DNA from: a bacterium
Lineage (GTDB): Bacteria; Myxococcota_A; UBA9160; UBA6930
DNA length: 64,000 nucleotides
Assembly: GCA_024228115.1 (NCBI GenBank)
Contig: JAAETT010000054.1
Span: forward strand, 12,793-76,792
Direction of reading: 5' to 3'
In this document: piece after piece, positions 25,985 through 35,721 of the stretch
How the letters are laid out: each line of letters starts with the position of its first letter
Numbering within the stretch: the stretch's first letter is position 1
Program-made: the position numbers and the translations under genes
The notes under the pieces: generated by a model
What the model saw: the letters and a program-made list of their open reading frames with translations, nothing else
Database searches by the model: none
Told to the model about the DNA's origin: nothing

Positions 25985-27433
25985 CTAGAGGATGTTGACC
26001 AGGTCATCGAGCAGCCGCTGCACGACACTGATCACCCTTGAATTTGCCTGGAATGCGGCTTGAAGCTTGATCAGATCCGTCACCTGCTCGTCGATCGAAA
26101 CCCCGGAAACTTCCTCGCGTCGATCCTCGAGGCTCTCGACGATCTTCTCCTGTTGCATCAGGGAGGAGGTCATGCTCTGGGCTTGTTGGCCGACATCGAC
26201 CGCGACTGCGACCGCATGTTCGATCATGCTCCGACTCGGCCCGCTCGCCGGTCCGGGCGGATCTCCTGGCAGGAAGAGAGGTGATTTCTGATCTCGTAGC
26301 GCAGCCAGAGCAAGGGCGTTCTGGTTGTCTCCTGCGGCGGAGGTGATGCCGGCCGCGATGTCGTCGGGGTTCGCGAGTATATTGGCGGCGATCGTCAGAT
26401 CGCGGGCCGCATCTTCAACCACCGGAAGCGACGTGAAGAAATCTCCCGTTACGCCAGTGAGCCCCTGCCCGGCGTTATGCACAGCATTCACGCTGGTCGT
26501 CAGGTTGTACGCCACTGTATCGAGGGATCGGATCGCTCCAGGCAGGATCGTATCGCGCGCTCGCAACAGGCCGCCGAGCTCTCCAGCGCCGACCTCGGCC
26601 GTAATGTTGCGAGTGCTCGACTGGTCCTGTAGCTCGATCCGGACGAACCCGGCGCTGAAGGGATTCGCCGGGTCTGGAACCGTACCCAACGTTCTTGCTC
26701 GTCCACCCTCGACCAGTGCCGCGCCGCTCATCATGGTGACGGAAATACTGCCGTTCGGACTCTCGAGATACGTGATATCGAGAATGCCAGAAAGCTCCCG
26801 AAGCAACCCGTCGCGTTGGTCGCGCAGGTCATTCGCCGGGGTGGCGACATTGATCTCCGTGCGTGTGATCTCGCCGTTCAAGGTGTTGATCGTGGCCAGG
26901 ATGTCGTTGACCCGAGGGATGATGGCCTCGATTCCATTGTTGGTGGAGGTCATCAGATCGCGCAGCCGATTGTCGGTTCCGTTGATGGTATCGACCACTG
27001 CCTGGGTCGACGCGACGAGCGCCGCTCGCTCGGCGGGTGCGCCAGGAGCGGAAGACGTCGCGAGATCGTCGATGGCATCGTAGAACTGTCCGAGAGCTGC
27101 GGTGATACCGCCCGAATCCTGCTCGTTCAGGATCTCCTCGACGAGAGAAAGCACCCCGGCCTGAGCATCGGCAGATGCCGCCGCGCCACGTTGGCGAACG
27201 AGCTGTGCCTGCACGAACGGATCCGTGATCCGCTGCACACCCGAGGAAATCACGCCGGTCCCCAGCAGGCCTACGCCGGTACGGATGGGGAAATCTGCCG
27301 CTTGCAACAGCCTTTGCTGGGTGTACCCCGGTGTATTGGCGTTGGCGATGTTGTGGCCGGCCACGCGTACGCCCGCCTGGGTGACGATCAACCCCTTTCG
27401 AGCGACATCCAGTGCACCGAAGATACCGGTCAT
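25985..27433 (-). CDS. flgK: Flagellar hook-associated protein 1 FlgK
   Basis: ...GLIVTQAGVRVAGHNIANANTPGYTQQR... and C-terminal ...GVSIDEQVTDLIKLQAAFQANSRVISVV. Confidence 0.93.
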   Translation of the reverse strand: MTGIFGALDVARKGLIVTQAGVRVAGHNIANANTPGYTQQRLLQAADFPIRTGVGLLGTGVISSGVQRITDPFVQAQLVRQRGAAASADAQAGVLSLVEEILNEQDSGGITAALGQFYDAIDDLATSSAPGAPAERAALVASTQAVVDTINGTDNRLRDLMTSTNNGIEAIIPRVNDILATINTLNGEITRTEINVATPANDLRDQRDGLLRELSGILDITYLESPNGSISVTMMSGAALVEGGRARTLGTVPDPANPFSAGFVRIELQDQSSTRNITAEVGAGELGGLLRARDTILPGAIRSLDTVAYNLTTSVNAVHNAGQGLTGVTGDFFTSLPVVEDAARDLTIAANILANPDDIAAGITSAAGDNQNALALAALRDQKSPLFLPGDPPGPASGPSRSMIEHAVAVAVDVGQQAQSMTSSLMQQEKIVESLEDRREEVSGVSIDEQVTDLIKLQAAFQANSRVISVVQRLLDDLVNIL

Positions 27434-27442
27434 GACGACCTT

Positions 27443-27952
27443 CTAGGCCATCCGCCGAACGAGCTGACCCACGCCACCTCGCCCCGCTTGGCTGCCATCT
27501 GCAATCGAATCCGGTGCGTAGGTGACTTCGAAGGGCACGAGACCTCCGAGCAGACGCAATGTTCCGCGAACCTGGGAGAGCGCGTCTCCAGCGAGAATAT
27601 TGTTGGCGTCCATCAGCTCGCGCACCACGCTGACCAATACGACGAGGCGTGTATGTGCCTCTCGTAGATCACGGCCTTCCGGGCCAATCCGCTCGCAGAT
27701 CGCGGATAGGCGCGGCCGAACTTCTTCGAACCCGAGCTCTCGGGTCATCGCCTCACATAGCGACATTCTCGTCTCTTCGACCAGACGGCCTTCATCGGCC
27801 AGCTCTTCTTTCCGCCTGGCAACGGATTCGAGGCCTTCGGCGTCGAGGGTCACCATCAAGCCATGCTCCTCTTGGAGCAAATCCCGTAGTTCGACGTAGA
27901 GCTTTTCCTCGGCATCGAGAACGGCCGTCAGGCCTTCGATCCCGGCCGCCAT
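27443..27952 (-). CDS. flgN: FlgN-like export chaperone
   Basis: The start is trimmed to ATG 27952. LTAVLDAEEKLYVELRDLLQEEHGLMVTLDAEGLESVARRKEEL is the FlgN-type helical pattern. It sits immediately upstream of flgK. Confidence 0.7.
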   Translation of the reverse strand: MAAGIEGLTAVLDAEEKLYVELRDLLQEEHGLMVTLDAEGLESVARRKEELADEGRLVEETRMSLCEAMTRELGFEEVRPRLSAICERIGPEGRDLREAHTRLVVLVSVVRELMDANNILAGDALSQVRGTLRLLGGLVPFEVTYAPDSIADGSQAGRGGVGQLVRRMA

Positions 27953-27960
27953 GTTCAGGG

Positions 27961-28260
27961 TCACTCTTCTTCCTCCGCATCGGTACGCGTCGCGCCAAGC
28001 TCCCGCTCCACTGCCTCGGCGATGCCAAAGCTTCCTCCGCCTTCGCGGACGATCTGGTCCAGGAACATCTCCTGCCACATGCGTCCAGCCGAGCCGCCCG
28101 AGAGCATGCTTTCACCTAGCATGGGTTTTCCGGCCTGCTTCATCATCTCGCCTACCAGCAGGGCTTCGAATTCCCGTGCCACCTTCTGAAGGGCGGCGGG
28201 ATCCTTTCGTTCGGCTTCTGCTCCGAGGCTTCGCAAGCCTTCGAGACTGGCGGGCTCCAC
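27961..28260 (-). CDS. flgJ: Rod-binding protein (FlgJ N-terminal domain only, no muramidase domain)
   Basis: ...AAEFEALLVGEMMKQAGKPMLGESMLSGGSAGRMWQEMFLDQI... is the Rod-binding family pattern. Only 99 aa. Confidence 0.85.
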   Translation of the reverse strand: MEPASLEGLRSLGAEAERKDPAALQKVAREFEALLVGEMMKQAGKPMLGESMLSGGSAGRMWQEMFLDQIVREGGGSFGIAEAVERELGATRTDAEEEE

Positions 28261-29354
28261 TACATCACCTGGATTTCGGCCGAGAGAGCACCGGCGGCCT
28301 TGATCGCCTGGAGGATCGAAATCAGATCACGCGGCGTGACACCCATCGCGTTCAACCCCCGCACCAGCTCGTCGATCGTCACCGGCCCGTCGATCACCGT
28401 CAGCCGAGCATCCTCCTCGACAGCCGTGATCTCGTCGTTCACGATCTCGGTCGTCTCACCGTCGGAGAAGGGCAGAGGTTGGGAGACATCGTTCTGGATG
28501 CGAATCGTCACCGAGAGCGAGCCGTGGGAGATTGCGACCTTGGAGATCGAGACGTTCTGGCCCATCACGACCGTTCCCGTGCGTTCGTTCAGGACGACAC
28601 GGGCGGCGTGGTCAGGATCGATGTCGACGGCTTCAACCGCCGCCAGGAAGCCCACGACATCCGTACGATAGTGGGCCGGAACCCTGACGCGGACGGTCCC
28701 CGGATCTGGCGCGACAGCAACGTCTTCACCGAGCTCTCGGTTGATGGATCGTGCGATTCGCCGCGCCGTCGTAAAGTCGGCCTCTGCCAGTGCCACATCG
28801 AAGGCATCCTTGCGATCGATCTCGTAGGCCAGTTCGCGCTCGACCGTCGCGCCTCCAGCCAAGCGACCCACGGTCGTGTGATTCTTCGAGACAGACGAAC
28901 CCCCTCCGCCGCCTGCTGAAAACCCGCCCACGGAAATGGATCCCTGGGCGATTGCATAGACCTCTCCATCCGCACCGAAGAGCGGTGTCATGATGAGGGT
29001 GCCGCCTTCCAGGCTGGTGGCATCGCCGAGCGAGGAGACCGTCGAGTCGATCCGTGAGCCGGTCCTGGAGAACGCAGGAAGCGATGCCGTAACCACGACC
29101 GCGGCGACGTTCTTCACCTGGATCTGGTCAGCATCGACACCGATGCCCATGCGGGCCAGGACACTCGCGAGCGAGCGCACCGTGAACTCGGTTCCGTTCT
29201 TGTCACCGGTCCCTTTCAGCCCAACGACCAACCCGTAGCCGGTCAACTGATTCGCACGCACGCCCCGAAACGAAGCGATGTCCTTCAGGCGAACGCTCGC
29301 CGCAGGCGCGGCAAGGAGAGTGATCAGGATCGATGCTGCGAAGAATCGGAACAT
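28260..29354 (-). CDS. flgI: Flagellar P-ring protein FlgI
   Basis: The start is trimmed to ATG 29354 (TGATG junction with flgH). Signal peptide MFRFFAASILITLLAAPAAS, then VRLKDIASFRGVRANQLTGYGLVVGLKGTGD. Confidence 0.95.
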   Translation of the reverse strand: MFRFFAASILITLLAAPAASVRLKDIASFRGVRANQLTGYGLVVGLKGTGDKNGTEFTVRSLASVLARMGIGVDADQIQVKNVAAVVVTASLPAFSRTGSRIDSTVSSLGDATSLEGGTLIMTPLFGADGEVYAIAQGSISVGGFSAGGGGGSSVSKNHTTVGRLAGGATVERELAYEIDRKDAFDVALAEADFTTARRIARSINRELGEDVAVAPDPGTVRVRVPAHYRTDVVGFLAAVEAVDIDPDHAARVVLNERTGTVVMGQNVSISKVAISHGSLSVTIRIQNDVSQPLPFSDGETTEIVNDEITAVEEDARLTVIDGPVTIDELVRGLNAMGVTPRDLISILQAIKAAGALSAEIQVM

Positions 29355-30124
29355 CAGAACGGATAGACCCAATTGAGTACCCTCGAAATCAACGGCGGCC
29401 TCTGTTTGTCGTCGATCACGCCAATCCCGTCATAGGTGAGCTTGGCGTCCGCGAGCACCGAGGATGGCGCCGTGTTGTCGATGCTGATGTCTTCGCGACG
29501 CAAGAGGCCCTCGACGGTGATCCATTGCAGATCGTGGTTGACCGCGATCTGGCGTTGACCGAAGACATGAAAGACGCCGCCGGGCAACACATCCACGACA
29601 CGACAGGTCACGATGGCGGTGAACTGACCGCTTCGGACGGTCTTTCCGTCGCCGTCGAACTGGCTACCGCCGCTCCCGCTGATGACATTCACGGTCTCGC
29701 CCGGTGCGGCGGTGCCTCCGGCTCCGTCGACACCGAGCACCTTGAAGAGTTCGGCTGCCCCGAGTTGAAGCAACTGGGTAAAGCCCACATCGGAAGTCAA
29801 ATTGGCGTTATACGTCGTCGTGTGATCGAGTTCGGTACTGGCTGTGCCGGTCGCAGAGGGATTCTCGGCAACCAGGACGGTGACGAGATCTCCCACACCG
29901 CGTGCCTTGCGGTCGAAATAGAGGAACGATCCGCCCGCTGTACCGCCGCTCCAGATGGCGCCTTCGGTCGGAGGCGTCTTCGGCCCCTGGGGCGGCACCG
30001 GGTAGCGTCGCGGCATGGACATGTCGCGTAGCGACGATTCGACGCAGCCCAGCTGAGCCATCGACAACAGGACGACGAGGACAGCAAGCCAACAACCTCT
30101 AGAATTCCACATGAACGGCTCCAT
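29354..30124 (-). CDS. flgH: Flagellar L-ring lipoprotein FlgH
   Basis: Lipobox ...LSMAQLGC. ...SLYFDRKARGVGDLVTVLVAEN... and ...GQRQIAVNHDLQWITVEGLLRREDI... are FlgH motifs. Confidence 0.95.
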   Translation of the reverse strand: MEPFMWNSRGCWLAVLVVLLSMAQLGCVESSLRDMSMPRRYPVPPQGPKTPPTEGAIWSGGTAGGSFLYFDRKARGVGDLVTVLVAENPSATGTASTELDHTTTYNANLTSDVGFTQLLQLGAAELFKVLGVDGAGGTAAPGETVNVISGSGGSQFDGDGKTVRSGQFTAIVTCRVVDVLPGGVFHVFGQRQIAVNHDLQWITVEGLLRREDISIDNTAPSSVLADAKLTYDGIGVIDDKQRPPLISRVLNWVYPF

Positions 30125-30809
30125 CCGGTTCGACCCGACCGAGTAGCTCGCGTTTGGAATCGGCGTTCACCACCCGAATCCACTCACCCGCCCGGGCGTC
30201 CTTGCGAACCACGCCTTTTCCCTCGATACGCAGGCGACCGTGCACCAGCAGCAGGCGCACCAACTCTCCGCGCTTCACGACCGGGGGTGTCTCTGCCCAG
30301 GATCTCTGCCACATCACGCCCGGTGCGACCCGACGCCGGGCTCGCTGGCCGATCAACTCGGTGGGATCAGCGAGCCAGTCACTGCCGAGGTCAGAAACGT
30401 CCCGGCTCTCCATTTTCAAATCCTCGGCGCGAATCCTCTGTCCGCGCTGGACTGGCGCTGCAGCAACGACGACCGCAACGTCTGCGTGTACCTGGGCATT
30501 GACCACGCCCCTACGCAGAATGCGGCCACTGGAGACCAGCGTCACGGTCACCGGCACTCGCCCAAGCCGCGGTGCCTTGGGATGGGAGCTCAACTCGATG
30601 TCGACATCCGCATCGGAGAGCCCCGGCACGAAGAAGCTCGCCAACGGCGGCACTTCGATGCTTCGGGGCGGCATGGGCGCTCGCTCCTCCAGATACGTGA
30701 TGATCGCCTCGCGAACACCGAACGGAGAGCTCGAAGGCGTCGCCAGGGCCACCCGATCAGGCGCACTGACGAGGACCAGAGCGAAAGCCAACGACAGGAA
30801 CCAACGCAT
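30099..30809 (-). CDS. flgA: Flagellar P-ring assembly chaperone FlgA
   Basis: Signal peptide, then a SAF-like C-terminal region (...VKRGELVRLLLVHGRLRIEGKGVVRKDARAGEWIRVVNADSKREL). Confidence 0.85.
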   Translation of the reverse strand: MRWFLSLAFALVLVSAPDRVALATPSSSPFGVREAIITYLEERAPMPPRSIEVPPLASFFVPGLSDADVDIELSSHPKAPRLGRVPVTVTLVSSGRILRRGVVNAQVHADVAVVVAAAPVQRGQRIRAEDLKMESRDVSDLGSDWLADPTELIGQRARRRVAPGVMWQRSWAETPPVVKRGELVRLLLVHGRLRIEGKGVVRKDARAGEWIRVVNADSKRELLGRVEPDGAVHVEF

Positions 30810-31588
30810 CAGATATTCGCTGCGGTCTGGAGCATCTCGTCACCGGCCTGGATCACTCGGCTGTTCACCTCGAAGGCTCGCTGGGCGAGGATCATCTTCA
30901 CCAGCTCCTCTGCCATGTTGACGTTGGAGGATTCCAGGAAGCCCTGGCTTATCGTGCCGAAACCCGTGCTGGCAGGCGCCCCGGTCTCTGCATCTCCCGA
31001 CGACTCGCTCGGCACGAACAGGTTTCCACCGACTGCGCGCAGTCCGGAAGGATTGGCGAAGCGGGCGATTTCAATCTGGCCGAGTTCCTGGGGAGCTGTC
31101 TGACCTGCAATCAGTGCCGAAACGCTCCCATCCTGGAGCACGGTCACCTGCAGGGCGTCGATCGGGATCTGGATGTTGGGATCCAGCAGATTCCCCTGGT
31201 CATTCACCAGGTTTCCGTCGGAATCCAGATGAAAGGAGCCATCTCGGGTGTAGAGAACTTCGCCGCCGGTATCCGTGATCTGGAAGAAACCGTCACCGTC
31301 GATCGAGAGATCGAAATCCCGGCCCGTGTTGGTTCCCTGGCCTTGGCTGAAGACGCGGTTCATGCCGCCGAGCTTCACGCCGTGGCCCACCTGGGCACCG
31401 GTAGGCAGGGTTGCGCCGTCTGCCGATTGAGCGCCCGGAGCTTGAAGGGTCTCGTAGTAGAGATCCTGGAACTCGGCGCGATTTTTCTTGAAGCCTGTCG
31501 TCGAAACATTCGCAAGGTTATTCGCGATCGTATCGATGCGCAGCTGCTGGGCGTCCATGCCGGTCGCCGCTGTAAACATTGCCCTCAT
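30809..31588 (-). CDS. flgG: Flagellar distal rod protein FlgG
   Basis: MRAMFTAATGMDAQQLRIDTIANNLANVSTTGFKKNRAEFQDL... and C-terminal ...ESSNVNMAEELVKMILAQRAFEVNSRVIQ. Confidence 0.95.
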   Translation of the reverse strand: MRAMFTAATGMDAQQLRIDTIANNLANVSTTGFKKNRAEFQDLYYETLQAPGAQSADGATLPTGAQVGHGVKLGGMNRVFSQGQGTNTGRDFDLSIDGDGFFQITDTGGEVLYTRDGSFHLDSDGNLVNDQGNLLDPNIQIPIDALQVTVLQDGSVSALIAGQTAPQELGQIEIARFANPSGLRAVGGNLFVPSESSGDAETGAPASTGFGTISQGFLESSNVNMAEELVKMILAQRAFEVNSRVIQAGDEMLQTAANI

Positions 31589-32325
31589 TGTCCGAACTCC
31601 CGGATCAGCTGATCTGTTGAATTGTCATCCGCCCTCATGACTTGCATGCTGGCGTCGAACTGGCGTTGCAGGATCATCATCGTTGCCAACTCCTCAACGG
31701 CCTTGACGTTCGACCGCTCCACCGAGCGGGGCAGCACGTGGACCGTTTCTGCTGGAATACCGACTGCGTTCGGGGGCGCGCGGAAGAGGTTGGCGCCCTC
31801 CTTCTGGAGCATGCGCGGATCGTCGAATACTTCGACCCGCAGCTGACCCAACACATCTCCCTGGCTGTCCACGACCTCTCCGCTGGGACGGATTTCGGCC
31901 TGGGTGGTTCCCACCTGAATCGGCCCGCCGTCTCCGAGCACAGGCCGGCCATCGAGCGTCGAGAGTGTGCCGTTTGGATCCACGATGAAGGAACCCGCGC
32001 GCGTGTAGCGGATGCCGCCAGGGGTCTCGACGGCGAAGAAGCCGGGGCCTTCGATGGCCGCATCGAGCGCTCGGCCCGTGCCCGCGATGCTGCCCGCCTT
32101 GTGATCGCTCGTCACTCCAGCCAGTGCCACGAAAGAACGGGCCGGCTCCCCCGAAGCTGCCTCCCCAGCGCCATTCAAGATCTGCGACTCGAGAGCAGCC
32201 TGGAATTGGGGCCGATCGGCCTTGTAACCGAGAGTGTCCACATTTGCCAGATTGTTGGCCGTGAACTCGAGCTGCTGGAGACGAGCGATGGCTCCGGATG
32301 TCGAAACGTAGAGCTCGGTACCCAA
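31585..32325 (-). CDS. flgF: Flagellar proximal rod protein FlgF
   Basis: ...ARLQQLEFTANNLANVDTLGYKADR... and ...ERSNVKAVEELATMMILQRQFDASMQVM. TTG start with AGGAGG 6 nt upstream. Confidence 0.9.
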   Translation of the reverse strand: MGTELYVSTSGAIARLQQLEFTANNLANVDTLGYKADRPQFQAALESQILNGAGEAASGEPARSFVALAGVTSDHKAGSIAGTGRALDAAIEGPGFFAVETPGGIRYTRAGSFIVDPNGTLSTLDGRPVLGDGGPIQVGTTQAEIRPSGEVVDSQGDVLGQLRVEVFDDPRMLQKEGANLFRAPPNAVGIPAETVHVLPRSVERSNVKAVEELATMMILQRQFDASMQVMRADDNSTDQLIREFGQ

Positions 32326-32363
32326 CTCGGGCCTCCTGGAAGGGAAACGTCGAGGACCGAAAG

Positions 32364-32379
32364 AGCAAGACTCATGCCA
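32364..32379 (-). promoter_or_regulatory. Sigma-54 promoter upstream of flgF (TGGCAT-GAGTC-TTGCT)
   Basis: The minus strand reads TGGCATGAGTCTTGCT, one mismatch to the consensus core. About 39 nt upstream of the flgF start. Confidence 0.7.
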
Positions 32380-32411
32380 CTTGTTAGTGGGAAGAAGTTG
32401 CCAGGTGAGGC

Positions 32412-32442
32412 CCGTCTAACCCTGTTTCGAATCGTTAGACGG
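32412..32442 (-). terminator. Small hairpin between the flhA-side operon and the flgF promoter
   Basis: 9-bp stem CCGTCTAAC/GTTAGACGG with a 13-nt loop. It lies just upstream of the flgF promoter. No U-tract. Confidence 0.3.
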
Positions 32443-32490
32443 CTCCGGAGCACGGACGGGGAGGACCAGGCGGCAAGTATGCCCCTCGAT

Positions 32491-32517
32491 CGTTTCACGA
32501 GCGTTTCAGCTTGAACC
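32491..32517. promoter_or_regulatory. Candidate enhancer site D (CGTTTCA half-site plus CGTTTCA-GCT-TGAACC)
   Basis: The full site is 32502-32517, with an extra half-site at 32491-32497. Its centre is about 131 nt upstream of the flgF -24 GG. 16 of 18 nt are identical to site E. Confidence 0.5.
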
Positions 32518-32524
32518 GCAGAAA

Positions 32525-32809
32525 TCAAATCCGGATGTCGAGGCGTCGGCCGCGGACATCATGAACCGAATCCTCGGCATCGACTTCGCGAGACGGCTCG
32601 TCTTCGAGCCCTGCTTTGGCCTTACGAGCATCCTGCGAAAGGCGGAGCTCCGCGTCGGGGTTTTCACCCTCCTCATCGACGTGACTACGACGGAAGGCCT
32701 TGCGCCGTTCTTCGTCGAATCGACGACGGCCAGGTTGTCGTTCGCCGGGTTTCCGCACCTGGGAAACGGCGGCCGTAGGCGGTCGAGGGGTGATCGAACT
32801 GCTCTCCAT
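32525..32809 (-). CDS. Possible small, highly charged, disordered protein (94 aa); the coding frame is ambiguous
   Basis: Internal ATG at 32809 of the 135-aa ORF. The composition is Arg/Glu/Asp-rich, which allows a FlgM-like disordered protein. However, third-position GC is low for this genome, and two other frames are also open across 32509-32838. Confidence 0.25.
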   Translation of the reverse strand: MESSSITPRPPTAAVSQVRKPGERQPGRRRFDEERRKAFRRSHVDEEGENPDAELRLSQDARKAKAGLEDEPSREVDAEDSVHDVRGRRLDIRI

Positions 32810-32838
32810 GACGAGCCTCCCGTGGGATGGGGCGAAAT

Positions 32839-33693
32839 TCAGCCGAAGAGACCTTCTGCGTTCTTCGCCTCCTCCTCGACGAGTTCGAGGATGGGATCCA
32901 TGTCGGCGGCACCGAGATCCAGATAGCTCCATGCGGGGAGTTCCATGACGTCGATCGCTTCGATCGCGCCGCGCCTCCCATAGCCGAGGCGGCTGCAGCA
33001 GCGGGTCACGACGGCGGTCAGCGCGATCAATCGACCGGCCTCCGGGGGCCCGTCCGGATAGTCCGCGGGATCGTGGTGATGAAAGCGAATCGCATCAACC
33101 AACTTCTCCGGCAGTTTCCATTTTTCGCCTACCAGAGCACCCAGTTCCGCGTGGTCGAAGCCGAATTCTTCCTGTTCCGCATCTCGGAAGGCAATGCCCT
33201 CGTTGTAGGTGCGCATGATGATCGTGCTGTATTGCTCGCGGGCCGTATTCGCCAGGGCGATCTTCCCGAGATCGTGAAGCAAGCCCGCGGTGAAGGCCGA
33301 TTCGCGCTCGACATCGATGAGTCCGTAGCTCGAGAGGCGCGCCGCCACCGAGCCGGCAAGCGTCGAGTGCTCCCAAAGGAGCTTCTCGGAGAGCCCGAAG
33401 TTCTGGAACACATCGCGCAACGATGCAGCCATCACCAGATTCTCCACGGTTCGAAAACCGAGCAGGGCGATCGCATGCCGCAGGGTCTCGATCCCCCGCG
33501 AAAATGCGTAGAGCGACGAGTTCGCGACCTTCAAGATGCGCGCAGCAAGAGCGGGATCCGTTTCGATCACCGTGCGAAGATCGTCCGCGCTCGTGTTGGG
33601 GTCGGCGGCTGCCGTCATCACCTTGCTGGCGACGGCGGGGATTCCGGGAAGATCTCCGACGACAGCGAGATAGGGCTTGAGTCGCTCGTTCAT
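32839..33693 (-). CDS. HDOD-domain protein (occupies the slot after flhG)
   Basis: ...LPGIPAVASKVMTAAADPNTSADDLRTVIETDPALAARILKVANSSLYAFSRGIETLRHAIALLGF... plus HD-like ...AGLLHDLGK. Confidence 0.85.
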   Translation of the reverse strand: MNERLKPYLAVVGDLPGIPAVASKVMTAAADPNTSADDLRTVIETDPALAARILKVANSSLYAFSRGIETLRHAIALLGFRTVENLVMAASLRDVFQNFGLSEKLLWEHSTLAGSVAARLSSYGLIDVERESAFTAGLLHDLGKIALANTAREQYSTIIMRTYNEGIAFRDAEQEEFGFDHAELGALVGEKWKLPEKLVDAIRFHHHDPADYPDGPPEAGRLIALTAVVTRCCSRLGYGRRGAIEAIDVMELPAWSYLDLGAADMDPILELVEEEAKNAEGLFG

Positions 33694-33701
33694 GGTGTCC
33701 C

Positions 33702-34508
33702 TCAGGATGCGGGGGAAATCGGGTTCGTTGTGAGCAAGGGCCGCTCCCCGCGTCTGGCGGGGTCGAGGCCGGCCAACAAGTGTCGCGCCAGCCGGTCGAT
33801 CTTCTCGGAAGAAGGCGCGCCAGGGAAGACTTCGACCACTGCTTGTTGGCGAGCGGCAGCCTCGGCGAGCCTTGGATCCTGCGGCAGGTATCCGCGGTAG
33901 TGCGGGCTCTTGCCCAGGAAGCGCGTCGACACGCGCTCGAGGCGTTCGTGAATTCCACGCGCCTCGAGTTCACCGCGAACTTGATTGACAACGACTTCGA
34001 CAGGCAAGGCTGGCGCCTCGCGATCCAGCACTTTCAGCGTGGCGTAGGCATCGGCCAGGCTGGTCGGATCGCGGGTAACGAGAAGAAGCGCTCGGTCGCA
34101 GGCGGCAGCGAGGGTCACGACGGCCGGGCCCACCCCTGCACCTCCATCGACCAACACCAGATCGAATTGCTCCGTGGCCTCGAACAGCGGAATCAGAAGT
34201 CCGGCCAGGGCGTCGGGACGATAGGCCGGTAGATCCATCCGGCCGGATGCCGCGGGCATCAGCTTGATTCCGCGAGGCCCCGAGATCAAAGCCTCCTCGA
34301 AGCTACAGCCGCCCTCCAGCACGTCGGCCACTGTCCGAAGTGGAGTAAGGCCCAGCAGGACGTCTACGTTGGCAAGGCCCAGGTCTCCATCAACAACCAA
34401 TACGCGCGCACCGAGGCCCGCAGCGGCCACAGCCAGGTTCGCCACGAGGTTGGTCTTGCCGACCCCGCCTTTTCCACTGACGACCGAAATCAATTTTCCC
34501 TGCGTCAC
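33702..34508 (-). CDS. flhG: Flagellar number/placement ATPase FlhG (MinD/FleN family)
   Basis: Deviant Walker A SGKGGVGKTNLVANLA, and DGDLGLANVDVLLG. Follows flhF. Confidence 0.92.
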   Translation of the reverse strand: MTQGKLISVVSGKGGVGKTNLVANLAVAAAGLGARVLVVDGDLGLANVDVLLGLTPLRTVADVLEGGCSFEEALISGPRGIKLMPAASGRMDLPAYRPDALAGLLIPLFEATEQFDLVLVDGGAGVGPAVVTLAAACDRALLLVTRDPTSLADAYATLKVLDREAPALPVEVVVNQVRGELEARGIHERLERVSTRFLGKSPHYRGYLPQDPRLAEAAARQQAVVEVFPGAPSSEKIDRLARHLLAGLDPARRGERPLLTTNPISPAS

Positions 34509-35665
34509 GCGGCTGCTCCGAGCAGGCCTTCAGCAAGCTCCAACGGATCTGGAACGCGAAGATCCCCGGGGACTTTCTGGCCGACGCCGAGCCACGAAAG
34601 CGGCGGCGCTTCATCATCGAGAAGGAGATTCACGACGTTCGCGAGGCCCGAGCTCTCGTCTGTCTTGCTCACGATCAACCCGTCAGGGGCCAAGGGGCCA
34701 TACCGTGCGACCTGCGCGCGCAAATCCTCTTCCTTCGTCGTGGCGGAAATCACGAGCTGGACCCGTGCTTCATCGGGCAACGCATTTCGAAGAGCTCGAA
34801 GTTCCGGGATACAGCTCGTATCGCCGGGGCTCCGACCGGCGGTATCGATGAATACATGGCGCTTCGCGAACTGCTTGGAGCGCTCAGCGAGCGATTCCGG
34901 CGAGACGGCCACATCGAACGGGACCTCGAGATCGCGTGAAAAGCGGCGAAGTAGAAGCTCGGCGCCGTAGCGATGGGCATCCGTCGTCACGACGGCGAGA
35001 TCGCGCTTGGAAGCGCAACGCAATCCTGCCACTTTGGCCAGACTCGTCGTCTTTCCGACTCCGGTCGGTCCGACGACCATCGTGATTCTCGGATCGTCGT
35101 CCCGTTCCGGCCGAAGGCGAGCCTCGATGCGGGACGCCAGACTCCACACACATGCTTCATGGGCAGGGATGTTCTCCTTGCATTGGGCCTCAGCCGCCAG
35201 AGCAAAGGCGTGACGCGGCTCGAGCCCGGCCGCCAGGAACACGTTCAGATACGGGCGCGCACCGGCCATATTGGGGCGCTTCAAGTCCGCCACCATCTGG
35301 CGGAGTTCGGCGACCTCGGCCGCGATCGTCAGTGGTTCTCCGCCGCCAATCGTCAGCGCATCGACCGTCTTGCGTACGGCCTTCACCTCGGCTTCGATGG
35401 GCCCGATCAGAGTCCGAGCGACCTGGATCTCGCGCCACCCCTGCTCTTGCCTGGCCCCCTCCTGTACCACGCCACGACTCTCAGCTGCGAACTGCTCGCG
35501 GTCCACTGCCGCCGTCACCTCGACCACCGGCTTTGCGAGCATGCCGAACACACCCTCGCGACGAATCTGTCGGGTTTGAAGGATCAACGCCTCGGAGCCC
35601 AGCTCCTTGCGAATCTGTGCGATCGCCTCCGGCATCGTCGGCGCTTCGAAGCGCTTGATGTGCAT
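34505..35665 (-). CDS. flhF: Flagellar biosynthesis GTPase FlhF (SRP family)
   Basis: MHIKRFEAPTMPEAIAQIRKELGSEALIL..., G1 VGPTGVGKTTSLAK, DTAGRS, and ...TKTDES. Confidence 0.92.
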   Translation of the reverse strand: MHIKRFEAPTMPEAIAQIRKELGSEALILQTRQIRREGVFGMLAKPVVEVTAAVDREQFAAESRGVVQEGARQEQGWREIQVARTLIGPIEAEVKAVRKTVDALTIGGGEPLTIAAEVAELRQMVADLKRPNMAGARPYLNVFLAAGLEPRHAFALAAEAQCKENIPAHEACVWSLASRIEARLRPERDDDPRITMVVGPTGVGKTTSLAKVAGLRCASKRDLAVVTTDAHRYGAELLLRRFSRDLEVPFDVAVSPESLAERSKQFAKRHVFIDTAGRSPGDTSCIPELRALRNALPDEARVQLVISATTKEEDLRAQVARYGPLAPDGLIVSKTDESSGLANVVNLLLDDEAPPLSWLGVGQKVPGDLRVPDPLELAEGLLGAAA

Positions 35666-35721
35666 CGCTTACCCCCTCTCCTTCGAGAAGCACTCAGACA
35701 GCATCATTCGAGCTCCCTTCT

